Shown here in pieces: positions 41,874 to 49,022 of a stretch of 56,618 nucleotides of DNA. A program made the position numbers and the translations under genes. The stretch's first letter is position 1. Each line of letters opens with the position of its first letter. Source of the DNA: a virus; IMG/VR virus record IMGVR_UViG_3300045391_004489; one strand, given 5' to 3'. Under the pieces are notes generated by a model. That model searched no databases. It was not told the origin of the DNA and saw only the letters and a list, made by a program, of their open reading frames with translations.

Positions 41874-42413
41874 TTACTCGTCGTCGTCGAGGTCGAGCTC
41901 GTCGTCCTCGTCGTCGAGCTCCTCGACCGGGTCGGCCTTCTTGGCGGCCTTCTTGGTCGTGGTCTTCTTGGGCTGGGCGGCGCGCTTCTCAGCGGCCTTC
42001 TCCTTCAGCGCGGCCAGCTTGGCGCGCTTCTCCTCCTCGCCCTCGCCGGCGGCGTAGGCCTCGACCAGCGCCACGACCTCCGGGTCCTTCGGGCCGGACC
42101 AGCTGTACTGGGCGCGGTTGCCGGCGACGATCTCGCGGTCGATGCGGCCCGAGTCGTCCCGGGCCAGCTTCCGGGCCAGCACTCGGAGCTCCCGGGGGGT
42201 GACCTCCTTGCCGTGCTTCTGGAGGATGAGGTCGCAGACCTGGCGGATGCCGAATTCGACCTGCGGTCGACCCTTGGAGGTCTTCGCCGGCGTCTCGGAC
42301 TCGACAGTCTCCTCGACCTCCTCGAGCTCCTCCTCGTCCAGTTCCTCGGGCTCCGGCTCGGTGACCTGCGGCTTCGCCGCAGCCTTCTTGCGGGTGGCGG
42401 TACGAGCAGCCAT
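41874..42413 (-). CDS. Acidic/basic nucleoid-protein-like DNA-binding protein
   Basis: Central TPRELRVLARKLA... segment distantly like the 11595 and 1504 products; AKK/KKA-rich region and acidic termini; SD aaaggagaagg. Confidence 0.7.
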   Translation of the reverse strand: MAARTATRKKAAAKPQVTEPEPEELDEEELEEVEETVESETPAKTSKGRPQVEFGIRQVCDLILQKHGKEVTPRELRVLARKLARDDSGRIDREIVAGNRAQYSWSGPKDPEVVALVEAYAAGEGEEEKRAKLAALKEKAAEKRAAQPKKTTTKKAAKKADPVEELDDEDDELDLDDDE

Positions 42414-42463
42414 TTCCTTCTCCTTTATTCGGCGATCATTCGTCGGTGATGTCGACAGGGCCT

Positions 42464-42492
42464 ACTTTATACCGAGTGCGCCGGCATGTCAA
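42464..42492 (-). promoter_or_regulatory. Promoter, leftward (TTGACA-N17-TAAAGT)
   Basis: Minus strand ccTTGACAtgccggcgcactcggtaTAAAGT. Confidence 0.65.
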
Positions 42493-42543
42493 GGTGGCCG
42501 GAACCCTCGCCTGAGCACGCCTATATATAATCGCCAACGGCGG

Positions 42544-42572
42544 TTGACATAGTAGCCATGATGCGATACCAT
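42544..42572 (+). promoter_or_regulatory. Promoter (TTGACA-N17-TACCAT), leaderless
   Basis: The -10 is followed by 6 nt and then ATG 42579; divergent from 42464..42492. Confidence 0.65.
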
Positions 42573-42578
42573 GGTGGC

Positions 42579-42941
42579 ATGCGATTGATAGTAGTTGAGG
42601 TAGATAACGACGAGACCGCTGAGAAGCTGGTCGCCAAGTTGAACGCGACAGGATTCGCTCGCGTCAAGGGCATGTTCCAGGTGCCCAAAGCCCGGTGCAA
42701 GTGCGCTAACCTCGAAGAGAGGTTCGGCAAACTGGTGCCGGCACAGAAGAAGTCTATCCGGGGGCAACTCTTCGGGTGGTGGGTACACGACGTTTGCCAC
42801 AAGGTAGCGAAGGGGCTGCACTCGGAGAGCAAGAACCTGATCAAGCGCGAAGACCAGCCTCAGGGAGAAGGGCTGCTGCCGACCTACGTTGACTACATCG
42901 CGTGGCACGACAAGGGCTTCTACAATGACGATCCCAAGTGA
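42579..42941 (+). CDS. Hypothetical protein (120 aa)
   Basis: In-frame ATG of ORF 42558..42941 at the leaderless position. Confidence 0.6.
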   Translation: MRLIVVEVDNDETAEKLVAKLNATGFARVKGMFQVPKARCKCANLEERFGKLVPAQKKSIRGQLFGWWVHDVCHKVAKGLHSESKNLIKREDQPQGEGLLPTYVDYIAWHDKGFYNDDPK

Positions 42942-44508
42942 GTTCTTTCTCCCCGAGCTTCGGCGATATAATGGGGCCGCTATCAAGAAGCGGGACTTTC
43001 TGGGGAGGAAGAAGGGAGAGCGGGTGAAGTACAAGTGGAAGACGCGTCCATACCGTCACCAGGTGGAAGCGATCTTCAAACTCATAGAGACTGGTTTCGG
43101 TGGCGCTCTGTTGATGGAGCCCCGAACTGGTAAGACGAAGACGGTCATCGACTACGCCTCCATCATGCATCTGGCAGGCAAGGTGGAGCGAATGATCATC
43201 TTCTGCCCCGTCTCGGTGCTTGGAGTCTGGCAGGACCAGTTTGAGGCTCACTGCCCTGTCCCCTACCGCATCACGGTGTGGGATCGCAAGGCACGTAAGA
43301 AGCATGGTCTGCCTCAGCGCAAGCCCGGCATCCTCGACGTGATCATCCTGAACTACGACGCACTCTCCACACCGGGCGCGAGGTACACCAACCGCGAGGG
43401 ATACGAGGTTAGGTCGAAGCGTCGGGGTGGTAGGTTCGACGTCTTCAAGTCTTTGTCCGACTGGGCCCCACACCTGGTCGCCCTCGACGAGTCCCATCGG
43501 ATCAAGACGGCCACCGCGAAGAAGACCAGCATGGTGATCAAGCTTGGCGAGATCGCGGATTACCGGGTGATCATGACCGGTACGGTGGTGACCAAGAAGA
43601 AGCGGATGCACGACATCTGGGCGCAGTGGCAGTTCCTGAACCCTGAGAGGTTCAAGATGAGCCACGCTGAGTTCAAGTCATTCTACGGTAGGTTCATACC
43701 GATGAACGGCTACACTAGATGGACCGCGAACCAGAACACCTCGCTACTGCACGAGCAGATTCATCAGGACGCGTACGCGGTCACGCGCGCAGAGTGTTTC
43801 GATCTGCCGCCCCGTGTGGACAACCAGATCGTCTATGTGGATCTTGAAGACTCGAGGGCGGCGTACGAAGACATGGCCCAACACATGCTCCACGAGATAG
43901 AGACTGGTGAGGTTACGCAGGCTAACCTGGTGATCACTCAGACTCTGCGCTTGCGACAGATCGCTTCAGGAGTCGCGAGAACTGATCCGAGCGATGAGCA
44001 CCCGAAGGGGCGACTCTACCGTGTTGGTCAGGAGAAGCTCGACGCGCTTGAGGACTACCTCCAGGATTTGGTGGAGCAGGGCGAGAAAGTGGTGATCGCA
44101 GCTCAGTTCACCGCCGACATCAAGGCCATCGAGACAATCTGTCAACGCCTCAAGATGAAGACGTTCATGTTGTACGGCGCGATCAAGCGAACTGACCGTG
44201 ACGCAAACATCAAGGCCTTCAGAGCGACGGAAGAACCTGCGGCGTTCATTATGCAGCCTCAGGCGGGATCGCTCGGCATCGACCTTTCAACCTCTGGGAC
44301 GTTCATCTGGTTCTCTCTGACAAACTCCTATGTCGACTATACTCAGGCGGAGGACCGCATCGCGCTCAACCCTCGGGGTACGCGGTTCGTATACTTCCTG
44401 GCCAGGGACACAGTCGAGGAAGCAATCTACGACACGCTGCAGGACGACGGCGATGTCGCACGGGCGATCATGGCTAGCCCCCGCCTCCTTCTCGGTCGTC
44501 GGGGATAG
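42925..44508 (+). CDS. SNF2-family helicase/ATPase
   Basis: Motif I EPRTGKTKT, motif II LDESHRIK, motif III MTGTVV, motif VI QAEDRI. Confidence 0.9.
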   Translation: MTIPSEFFLPELRRYNGAAIKKRDFLGRKKGERVKYKWKTRPYRHQVEAIFKLIETGFGGALLMEPRTGKTKTVIDYASIMHLAGKVERMIIFCPVSVLGVWQDQFEAHCPVPYRITVWDRKARKKHGLPQRKPGILDVIILNYDALSTPGARYTNREGYEVRSKRRGGRFDVFKSLSDWAPHLVALDESHRIKTATAKKTSMVIKLGEIADYRVIMTGTVVTKKKRMHDIWAQWQFLNPERFKMSHAEFKSFYGRFIPMNGYTRWTANQNTSLLHEQIHQDAYAVTRAECFDLPPRVDNQIVYVDLEDSRAAYEDMAQHMLHEIETGEVTQANLVITQTLRLRQIASGVARTDPSDEHPKGRLYRVGQEKLDALEDYLQDLVEQGEKVVIAAQFTADIKAIETICQRLKMKTFMLYGAIKRTDRDANIKAFRATEEPAAFIMQPQAGSLGIDLSTSGTFIWFSLTNSYVDYTQAEDRIALNPRGTRFVYFLARDTVEEAIYDTLQDDGDVARAIMASPRLLLGRRG

Positions 44509-44538
44509 TTTACAAACCTGCCATTAAGATGGTAGAGT
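44509..44538 (+). promoter_or_regulatory. Promoter (TTTACA-N18-TAGAGT)
   Basis: agTTTACAaacctgccattaagatggTAGAGT, then SD gaaggagg. Confidence 0.5.
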
Positions 44539-44562
44539 AGTTGATGAAGGAGGAACTACCTG

Positions 44563-44880
44563 ATGCGTATACTGAAGAAGGTTGCCGGTGGTGCTGACAC
44601 CATCGGCGACCTCAAAGAGTTCATCGCGGCTGCAACGCAGGAAGGATTCACCGACGACCACAGGCTGAACGGCGGCGCCACCGTGGGGCTCTTCGTACAG
44701 GTGAACGACGACCGGCAAGCGCCGCTCGAGGACTACACCGGCAAGTGCGTCGAGTGCTTGCGCCGGGTTCCCGCGACCAAGGAGGGCGTGGCTAAGTCGC
44801 ACCTCAGGGGAGACACTGTTCACTCGGGGGAGTGCAGCGGCAGCCACCGGCGGGTCACTCAGCTGGGGCCGAGCCTGTGA
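44563..44880 (+). CDS. Hypothetical protein
   Basis: ORF track; strong SD. Confidence 0.55.
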   Translation: MRILKKVAGGADTIGDLKEFIAAATQEGFTDDHRLNGGATVGLFVQVNDDRQAPLEDYTGKCVECLRRVPATKEGVAKSHLRGDTVHSGECSGSHRRVTQLGPSL

Positions 44881-45407
44881 TCATCCTGGAGGGGCCGGAC
44901 GGCGCCGGCAAGACCTCGCTCATCCGACACCTGAACGACTGGCTCGCCATGCCGGTCGCTCCGAGGGTGGTGGGCCAGGACACCAAGCCACTCGTGGATA
45001 TATACGAGTGGACGAACAAGAACCTGGCTGAGGGTTTCCAGGACAAGCTCTTTGACCGACACCGCCTCATATCTGAGCCGATCTACTCGACGGTGATGGG
45101 TGGCGACCGGGACGAACAGTTCTGGGATCCGGCCTGGATGGGCGCTGCGCTCCGGGCGTTGCGGGAGATACAGCCGATAGTTATCTGGTGTCTGCCTAGT
45201 TTCAAGGCGGTCAATCACAACGTTCTCGGCGACCCGCACAACCAGACGGTGTGGATGCACATCGACAAGATCTACAAGGCCTATCAGTATGCGTGGTTGC
45301 TCAACACCTACGCGCCCTATCAGGTCCTCTGGGACTACCAGAACACCGATCTCCGGTGGTTCCAAGACCATCTGACCAACCTCATACGACGCAGGAAGGA
45401 CTCCTGA
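44877..45407 (+). CDS. Thymidylate-kinase-like dNMP kinase
   Basis: GTGA-coupled GTG start; P-loop ILEGPDGAGKTS; DRH..SEPIYS resembles the Tmk DR(Y/F)..S motif. Confidence 0.8.
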   Translation: MIILEGPDGAGKTSLIRHLNDWLAMPVAPRVVGQDTKPLVDIYEWTNKNLAEGFQDKLFDRHRLISEPIYSTVMGGDRDEQFWDPAWMGAALRALREIQPIVIWCLPSFKAVNHNVLGDPHNQTVWMHIDKIYKAYQYAWLLNTYAPYQVLWDYQNTDLRWFQDHLTNLIRRRKDS

Positions 45408-45892
45408 TGCTGGAGATCCCGACCGAGATATCCACGGATGACCCGAAGCAGCACGGCATCCCGTATCAGTCGGCGGCAGGTGTGGAGGGCGATCTCCCAC
45501 ACCGGGGGACGTACGACATGCTCCGAACGATCTTCGCGGGGCAGGTGCAGCTCGCTCAGCGGTACTACGAGGTGGAGCTCAAGAACGGCGAGCCCATGCC
45601 GTCGGAGGCCGACTGGGGCAACCTGCACTCGCGCACCGTCCAGATGAGGCTGCAGAGTCTCTTCGGGTATCTCGTGAGGGAGATGGGTGAGGCTGTCCAG
45701 CACCTGGACGCCAAGCCCTGGAAGACCAACTACCGCCCGACGCCCAGGAAGGAGTTCGTCGAGGAAGTGGCCGACTCGCTGCACTTCTTCGTCGAGTTCT
45801 GCCTGGTCGCCGGGATCGGGTCGAAGGAACTCTTCGACACCTACTTCTCGAAGTGGCAGACGAACCGTGACCGACAGGCCTCCAGTTACTAG
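45407..45892 (+). CDS. All-alpha NTP pyrophosphohydrolase (MazG / dimeric dUTPase-dCTPase type)
   Basis: ATGA-coupled; EMGEAVQHL ... EEVADSLHFFVEF acidic metal-binding helices. Confidence 0.75.
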   Translation: MLEIPTEISTDDPKQHGIPYQSAAGVEGDLPHRGTYDMLRTIFAGQVQLAQRYYEVELKNGEPMPSEADWGNLHSRTVQMRLQSLFGYLVREMGEAVQHLDAKPWKTNYRPTPRKEFVEEVADSLHFFVEFCLVAGIGSKELFDTYFSKWQTNRDRQASSY

Positions 45893-46003
45893 GGGCGCCC
45901 AGATCTTCGGGAAGGTGGCCGCCGTCGTTGTTCTTGGCGGCGGTCTCCTTCTCACTCTTCTCATCATCATCTGGGTCGCTGTACAGATTATCAGAGGAAT
46001 CTA

Positions 46004-47068
46004 GTGTACACCTACACCGCCAAGACGATGTCCGGTCTGCTGGACAGCATGACGCTGGACATCATGAGAGCTCCGTCGGACGAGCTCGACGTCATCTCCA
46101 ACGTCGACGTAGCCAAGCAGAATGTCATGGGCTACGCCGAGCACATGGACTACGAATTCGACCTCAAGACCATCTGGTTGGGTACAGCCCGCTGGTCGAT
46201 GATGGTCCGGCAGTACCTCGATCGTGACGAGGTGATGTCGTGGCTCCACCAGGCCTCCACTAAGATCGGCAAGCGAGGTCGAGGTCAGGCAGTACTTCGC
46301 ACCCGCATCGTTAAGCCCCGAGGTGGCGCCGCAACTGGCCACACGAACATGCAGACCCGCAAGTGGGGATCCTGCATGTTGTCGCTCAGCTACCGAGCAC
46401 TTCCCACACCGACGATCACGCTTCACAGTCGCACCTCGTATCTGGGGTATCTGTCGGCGCTGGACTTCAACATCGCCCACGTCTTGGGCCGGTATCTCGC
46501 CGACCAGATCGGCATCTCAGTCAAGGACATGTCGTTCGTGTGGATGGTTGAGTCAGTGCAGTGGCACGGCTTCAAGTCGCTGCCCTTCGCCATCTGCAAC
46601 AGCGACCCCAAGATCCGCCGATACTACCGACGTCTGCTGACCAAGAAGTTCGACGACTTGGACGCTGAGGAGCTCATCGAGTCCCAGACGCCGGCGATGC
46701 TGGTCACACGTCGATGGGTCAACTATGTCCGTCGGGAGGACCAGGCGGGCATGACTCTCGGCGACACGAACTACAACACTTACCGTCGAGTCCGCCGGCG
46801 GTGGCACACCGAAGTGCTGGGTTACAAGAAGGCCCAGGAGTTCGAGGGGTGGTCCCACGATCGCAACACGGGGGAGCGGAAGGAGTTCTTCAAGGCCTAC
46901 AAGCCTCTGCCCTCCGTCATGACTTCGTCGCTGGATCTGTCGCCGCTCAAGCTCCCGTTCGGGGGGGCATGGGTCTCGAACATCGACCTGACCGAGGACA
47001 TCAACGAGGCTGACACCATGTGCCTCTACTGTGGGGAGACCGAGTATGACGAATGCGAAGAAGACTGA
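46004..47068 (+). CDS. Divergent thymidylate-synthase(ThyA)-fold protein, function unknown
   Basis: By-eye alignment to the ThyA core: WGSCMLSLSY ~ [16 protein letters not shown] ~ YQRSC, DFNIAH ~ PFNIAS, DMSFVWMVESVQWH ~ DFVWTGGDTHLY. Confidence 0.6.
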   Translation: MYTYTAKTMSGLLDSMTLDIMRAPSDELDVISNVDVAKQNVMGYAEHMDYEFDLKTIWLGTARWSMMVRQYLDRDEVMSWLHQASTKIGKRGRGQAVLRTRIVKPRGGAATGHTNMQTRKWGSCMLSLSYRALPTPTITLHSRTSYLGYLSALDFNIAHVLGRYLADQIGISVKDMSFVWMVESVQWHGFKSLPFAICNSDPKIRRYYRRLLTKKFDDLDAEELIESQTPAMLVTRRWVNYVRREDQAGMTLGDTNYNTYRRVRRRWHTEVLGYKKAQEFEGWSHDRNTGERKEFFKAYKPLPSVMTSSLDLSPLKLPFGGAWVSNIDLTEDINEADTMCLYCGETEYDECEED

Positions 47069-47270
47069 TCGTCCGAAGTACATCTTCACCGTTATCGCCA
47101 ACGCCGCCGGGGGTTACGACGTCACCCGTCGAACCGCTGGTTCGGCACAGTCCTGGGTCATGGTATCGTATGACGACCGACAGGACGCCGACAACCTCAA
47201 GCAGCAGCTCGACATGCTGGAGCTCAGGGTGTGGGCTCGACGCGTACGACAGGCCAGGAAGAAGGGCTGA
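47046..47270 (+). CDS. Hypothetical protein (74 aa)
   Basis: In-frame ATG of ORF 47031..47270. Confidence 0.5.
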   Translation: MTNAKKTDRPKYIFTVIANAAGGYDVTRRTAGSAQSWVMVSYDDRQDADNLKQQLDMLELRVWARRVRQARKKG

Positions 47271-48145
47271 TGCACCACATACAAAGCCGATGGTTTCCCT
47301 CGATATGGGACGACGCAGTAGAGCTGCTCCTCACGTTCGGCGAGACCATCGATGGCTCAACTCGGTGGCAAGGCCAGGACGTTGCCGGTAAGCAGGACAT
47401 GGTGCCGGTCGAACTGCAGAACGTGATATTTGAGATGAGCATGCCCCACACAGTCGCGGGTGCCAACCGGGTGTATCACCCGAACCTGCCCTGGGCTGAG
47501 GACCACTTCCTCGAACGTGTGGGAGGCGCTCCGCTCAATCCGCCCCCGTCGGCTAAGACCTGGCCCTTCGCTCAGTCTGGCCATGTGATGCACACCGACA
47601 AGCAGGGTCAGTTCTCCCACACGTACCCCGAGCGGTTCTGGCCGAAGCACGCTGGTCACTCGGCGACTGGCTGTAACGCCGTGACTCATGAAGAGGGTGA
47701 CAACATCTACTGCGACTACGGTCGCAATATCGGGGTTAGGTACTACCTTGGCGATCTGATCGACGTGGTCGATCTGCTTCGCCGTGAGCCGAGCACCCGT
47801 CAGGCCTATCTGCCGATCTGGTTCCCGGAAGACACGGGTGCAGCCGAGGGTCAGCGGGTGCCGTGCTCTCTCGGGTACCACTTCATGGTCCGCGAGGGCA
47901 AGCTTAACATCACGTACATGATCCGCGCGGTGGACTTCATGCGCCACTTTCGGGACGACGTCTACATGGCGACTCGTCTTGCTCAGTGGGTGGCGAGGGA
48001 GTTGGATAACTTGTACCCGCCGGGAATGTTGACCATGCACATCATGTCGTTGCACTGCTTCGTTGGTGACATGCCGGCGCTTCGATCGATCGCTTCAAAG
48101 ATTGGTCAAGGACGGTCTGAGAGATTGCTTGGAGCGATGAGATGA
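47270..48145 (+). CDS. ThyA-family pyrimidine-C5 enzyme with Asp at the Asn177 position (dCMP hydroxymethylase/methylase-like)
   Basis: TRQAYLPIWFPED...VPCSLGYHFMVREGKLNITYMIRAVDFMRHFRDDVYMATRL aligns colinearly with E. coli ThyA SRRIIVSAWN...[40 protein letters not shown]. Confidence 0.8.
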   Translation: MHHIQSRWFPSIWDDAVELLLTFGETIDGSTRWQGQDVAGKQDMVPVELQNVIFEMSMPHTVAGANRVYHPNLPWAEDHFLERVGGAPLNPPPSAKTWPFAQSGHVMHTDKQGQFSHTYPERFWPKHAGHSATGCNAVTHEEGDNIYCDYGRNIGVRYYLGDLIDVVDLLRREPSTRQAYLPIWFPEDTGAAEGQRVPCSLGYHFMVREGKLNITYMIRAVDFMRHFRDDVYMATRLAQWVARELDNLYPPGMLTMHIMSLHCFVGDMPALRSIASKIGQGRSERLLGAMR

Positions 48146-48639
48146 GCTCAGCCGAGTCATCATTCAGCGCGCGTCGATCCTCGAGCCGTAAGATTCTCAT
48201 GGAGTCTGCGAAGCTTTGGGCCCAGAGATCGACCTGCAGCCGCAGTCAGGTCGGAGTGGTCATCTCCTCTCTTGACAATCGTATCCTGGTGACTGGCTAC
48301 AACGGTGCACCCAGTGGTATGCCTCACTGCAACCACTCGTGCGACTGTCAGATCGAAACCTTCGGTCAGGAATACCACGCACCCTACTGTGCGCTCATGC
48401 TCGGCTGTGAGATCTCGGTGCATGGAGAGGCCAACGCCATCGCCTTCGCCGCCAAGAACGGCATCCGGTTGGTCCAGTCACGCCTGTACACTACTCTGTC
48501 GCCTTGCTACAAGTGCGCGCAGCTGATCATCAACGTGGGTGTGGAGGAGGTAGTCTACCTGGAAGCCTACCGCGATCTAGCAGGAGTGGACCTACTTGCC
48601 AACGCGGGGCTAGAGGTGGTACAATATGGGCATGACTAA
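48142..48639 (+). CDS. dCMP deaminase
   Basis: Zinc motifs VHGEANAI and SPCYKCAQLI; ATGA-coupled. Confidence 0.88.
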   Translation: MSSAESSFSARRSSSRKILMESAKLWAQRSTCSRSQVGVVISSLDNRILVTGYNGAPSGMPHCNHSCDCQIETFGQEYHAPYCALMLGCEISVHGEANAIAFAAKNGIRLVQSRLYTTLSPCYKCAQLIINVGVEEVVYLEAYRDLAGVDLLANAGLEVVQYGHD

Positions 48640-49015
48640 GCACATCGATATCAACAACCCGGCCCAGGTACACAACTGGCTGGTTGCCCGGTTCCCCAAC
48701 CGCAAGCCGGAGAACGCCGCCGACAAGACATACCAGGTCTTGATCACGTGGCCGATGCCGTTCAAGCGAGACGGCAACGAACCGCATGAGATCCTGGGCA
48801 CCATCGACGAGTGGTGCACCCAGCTGTGGAAGGCCCACAGCCTCCGATCAGAATTCGAGTTCGAGTTCTTCCATGTCTGGGGCTACGCGATGAGCGGTCA
48901 ACTCAGTCTCGCCTTGAGCTCGGAGATGGCCGAGGCCCTCTGTGACGCGATGGCGCGCGCACCCTATTTCCTGCTCACCTACCCGGGCTTCTGTATGAAG
49001 TTCACCAGCAACTGA
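48626..49015 (+). CDS. Hypothetical protein
   Basis: ORF track. Confidence 0.55.
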   Translation: MGMTKHIDINNPAQVHNWLVARFPNRKPENAADKTYQVLITWPMPFKRDGNEPHEILGTIDEWCTQLWKAHSLRSEFEFEFFHVWGYAMSGQLSLALSSEMAEALCDAMARAPYFLLTYPGFCMKFTSN

Positions 49016-49022
49016 GGACGAT

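Noticed and set aside
45914-46004. Possible 30-aa transmembrane peptide (VAAVVVLGGGLLLTLLIIIWVAVQIIRGI) between the NTP-PPase and the ThyA-fold gene
   Set aside because: It has only a GTG start with a weak SD, and it could be a chance hydrophobic frame. It is too short to support without expression data.
47270-48145. dUMP hydroxymethylase (hmU DNA, SPO1-like) interpretation of the ThyA homologue
   Set aside because: The specificity position aligns to Asp rather than Asn, and the phage keeps a ThyX for dTMP. Both argue for a cytosine substrate. The uracil option is retained only for the second paralogue (46004..47068).
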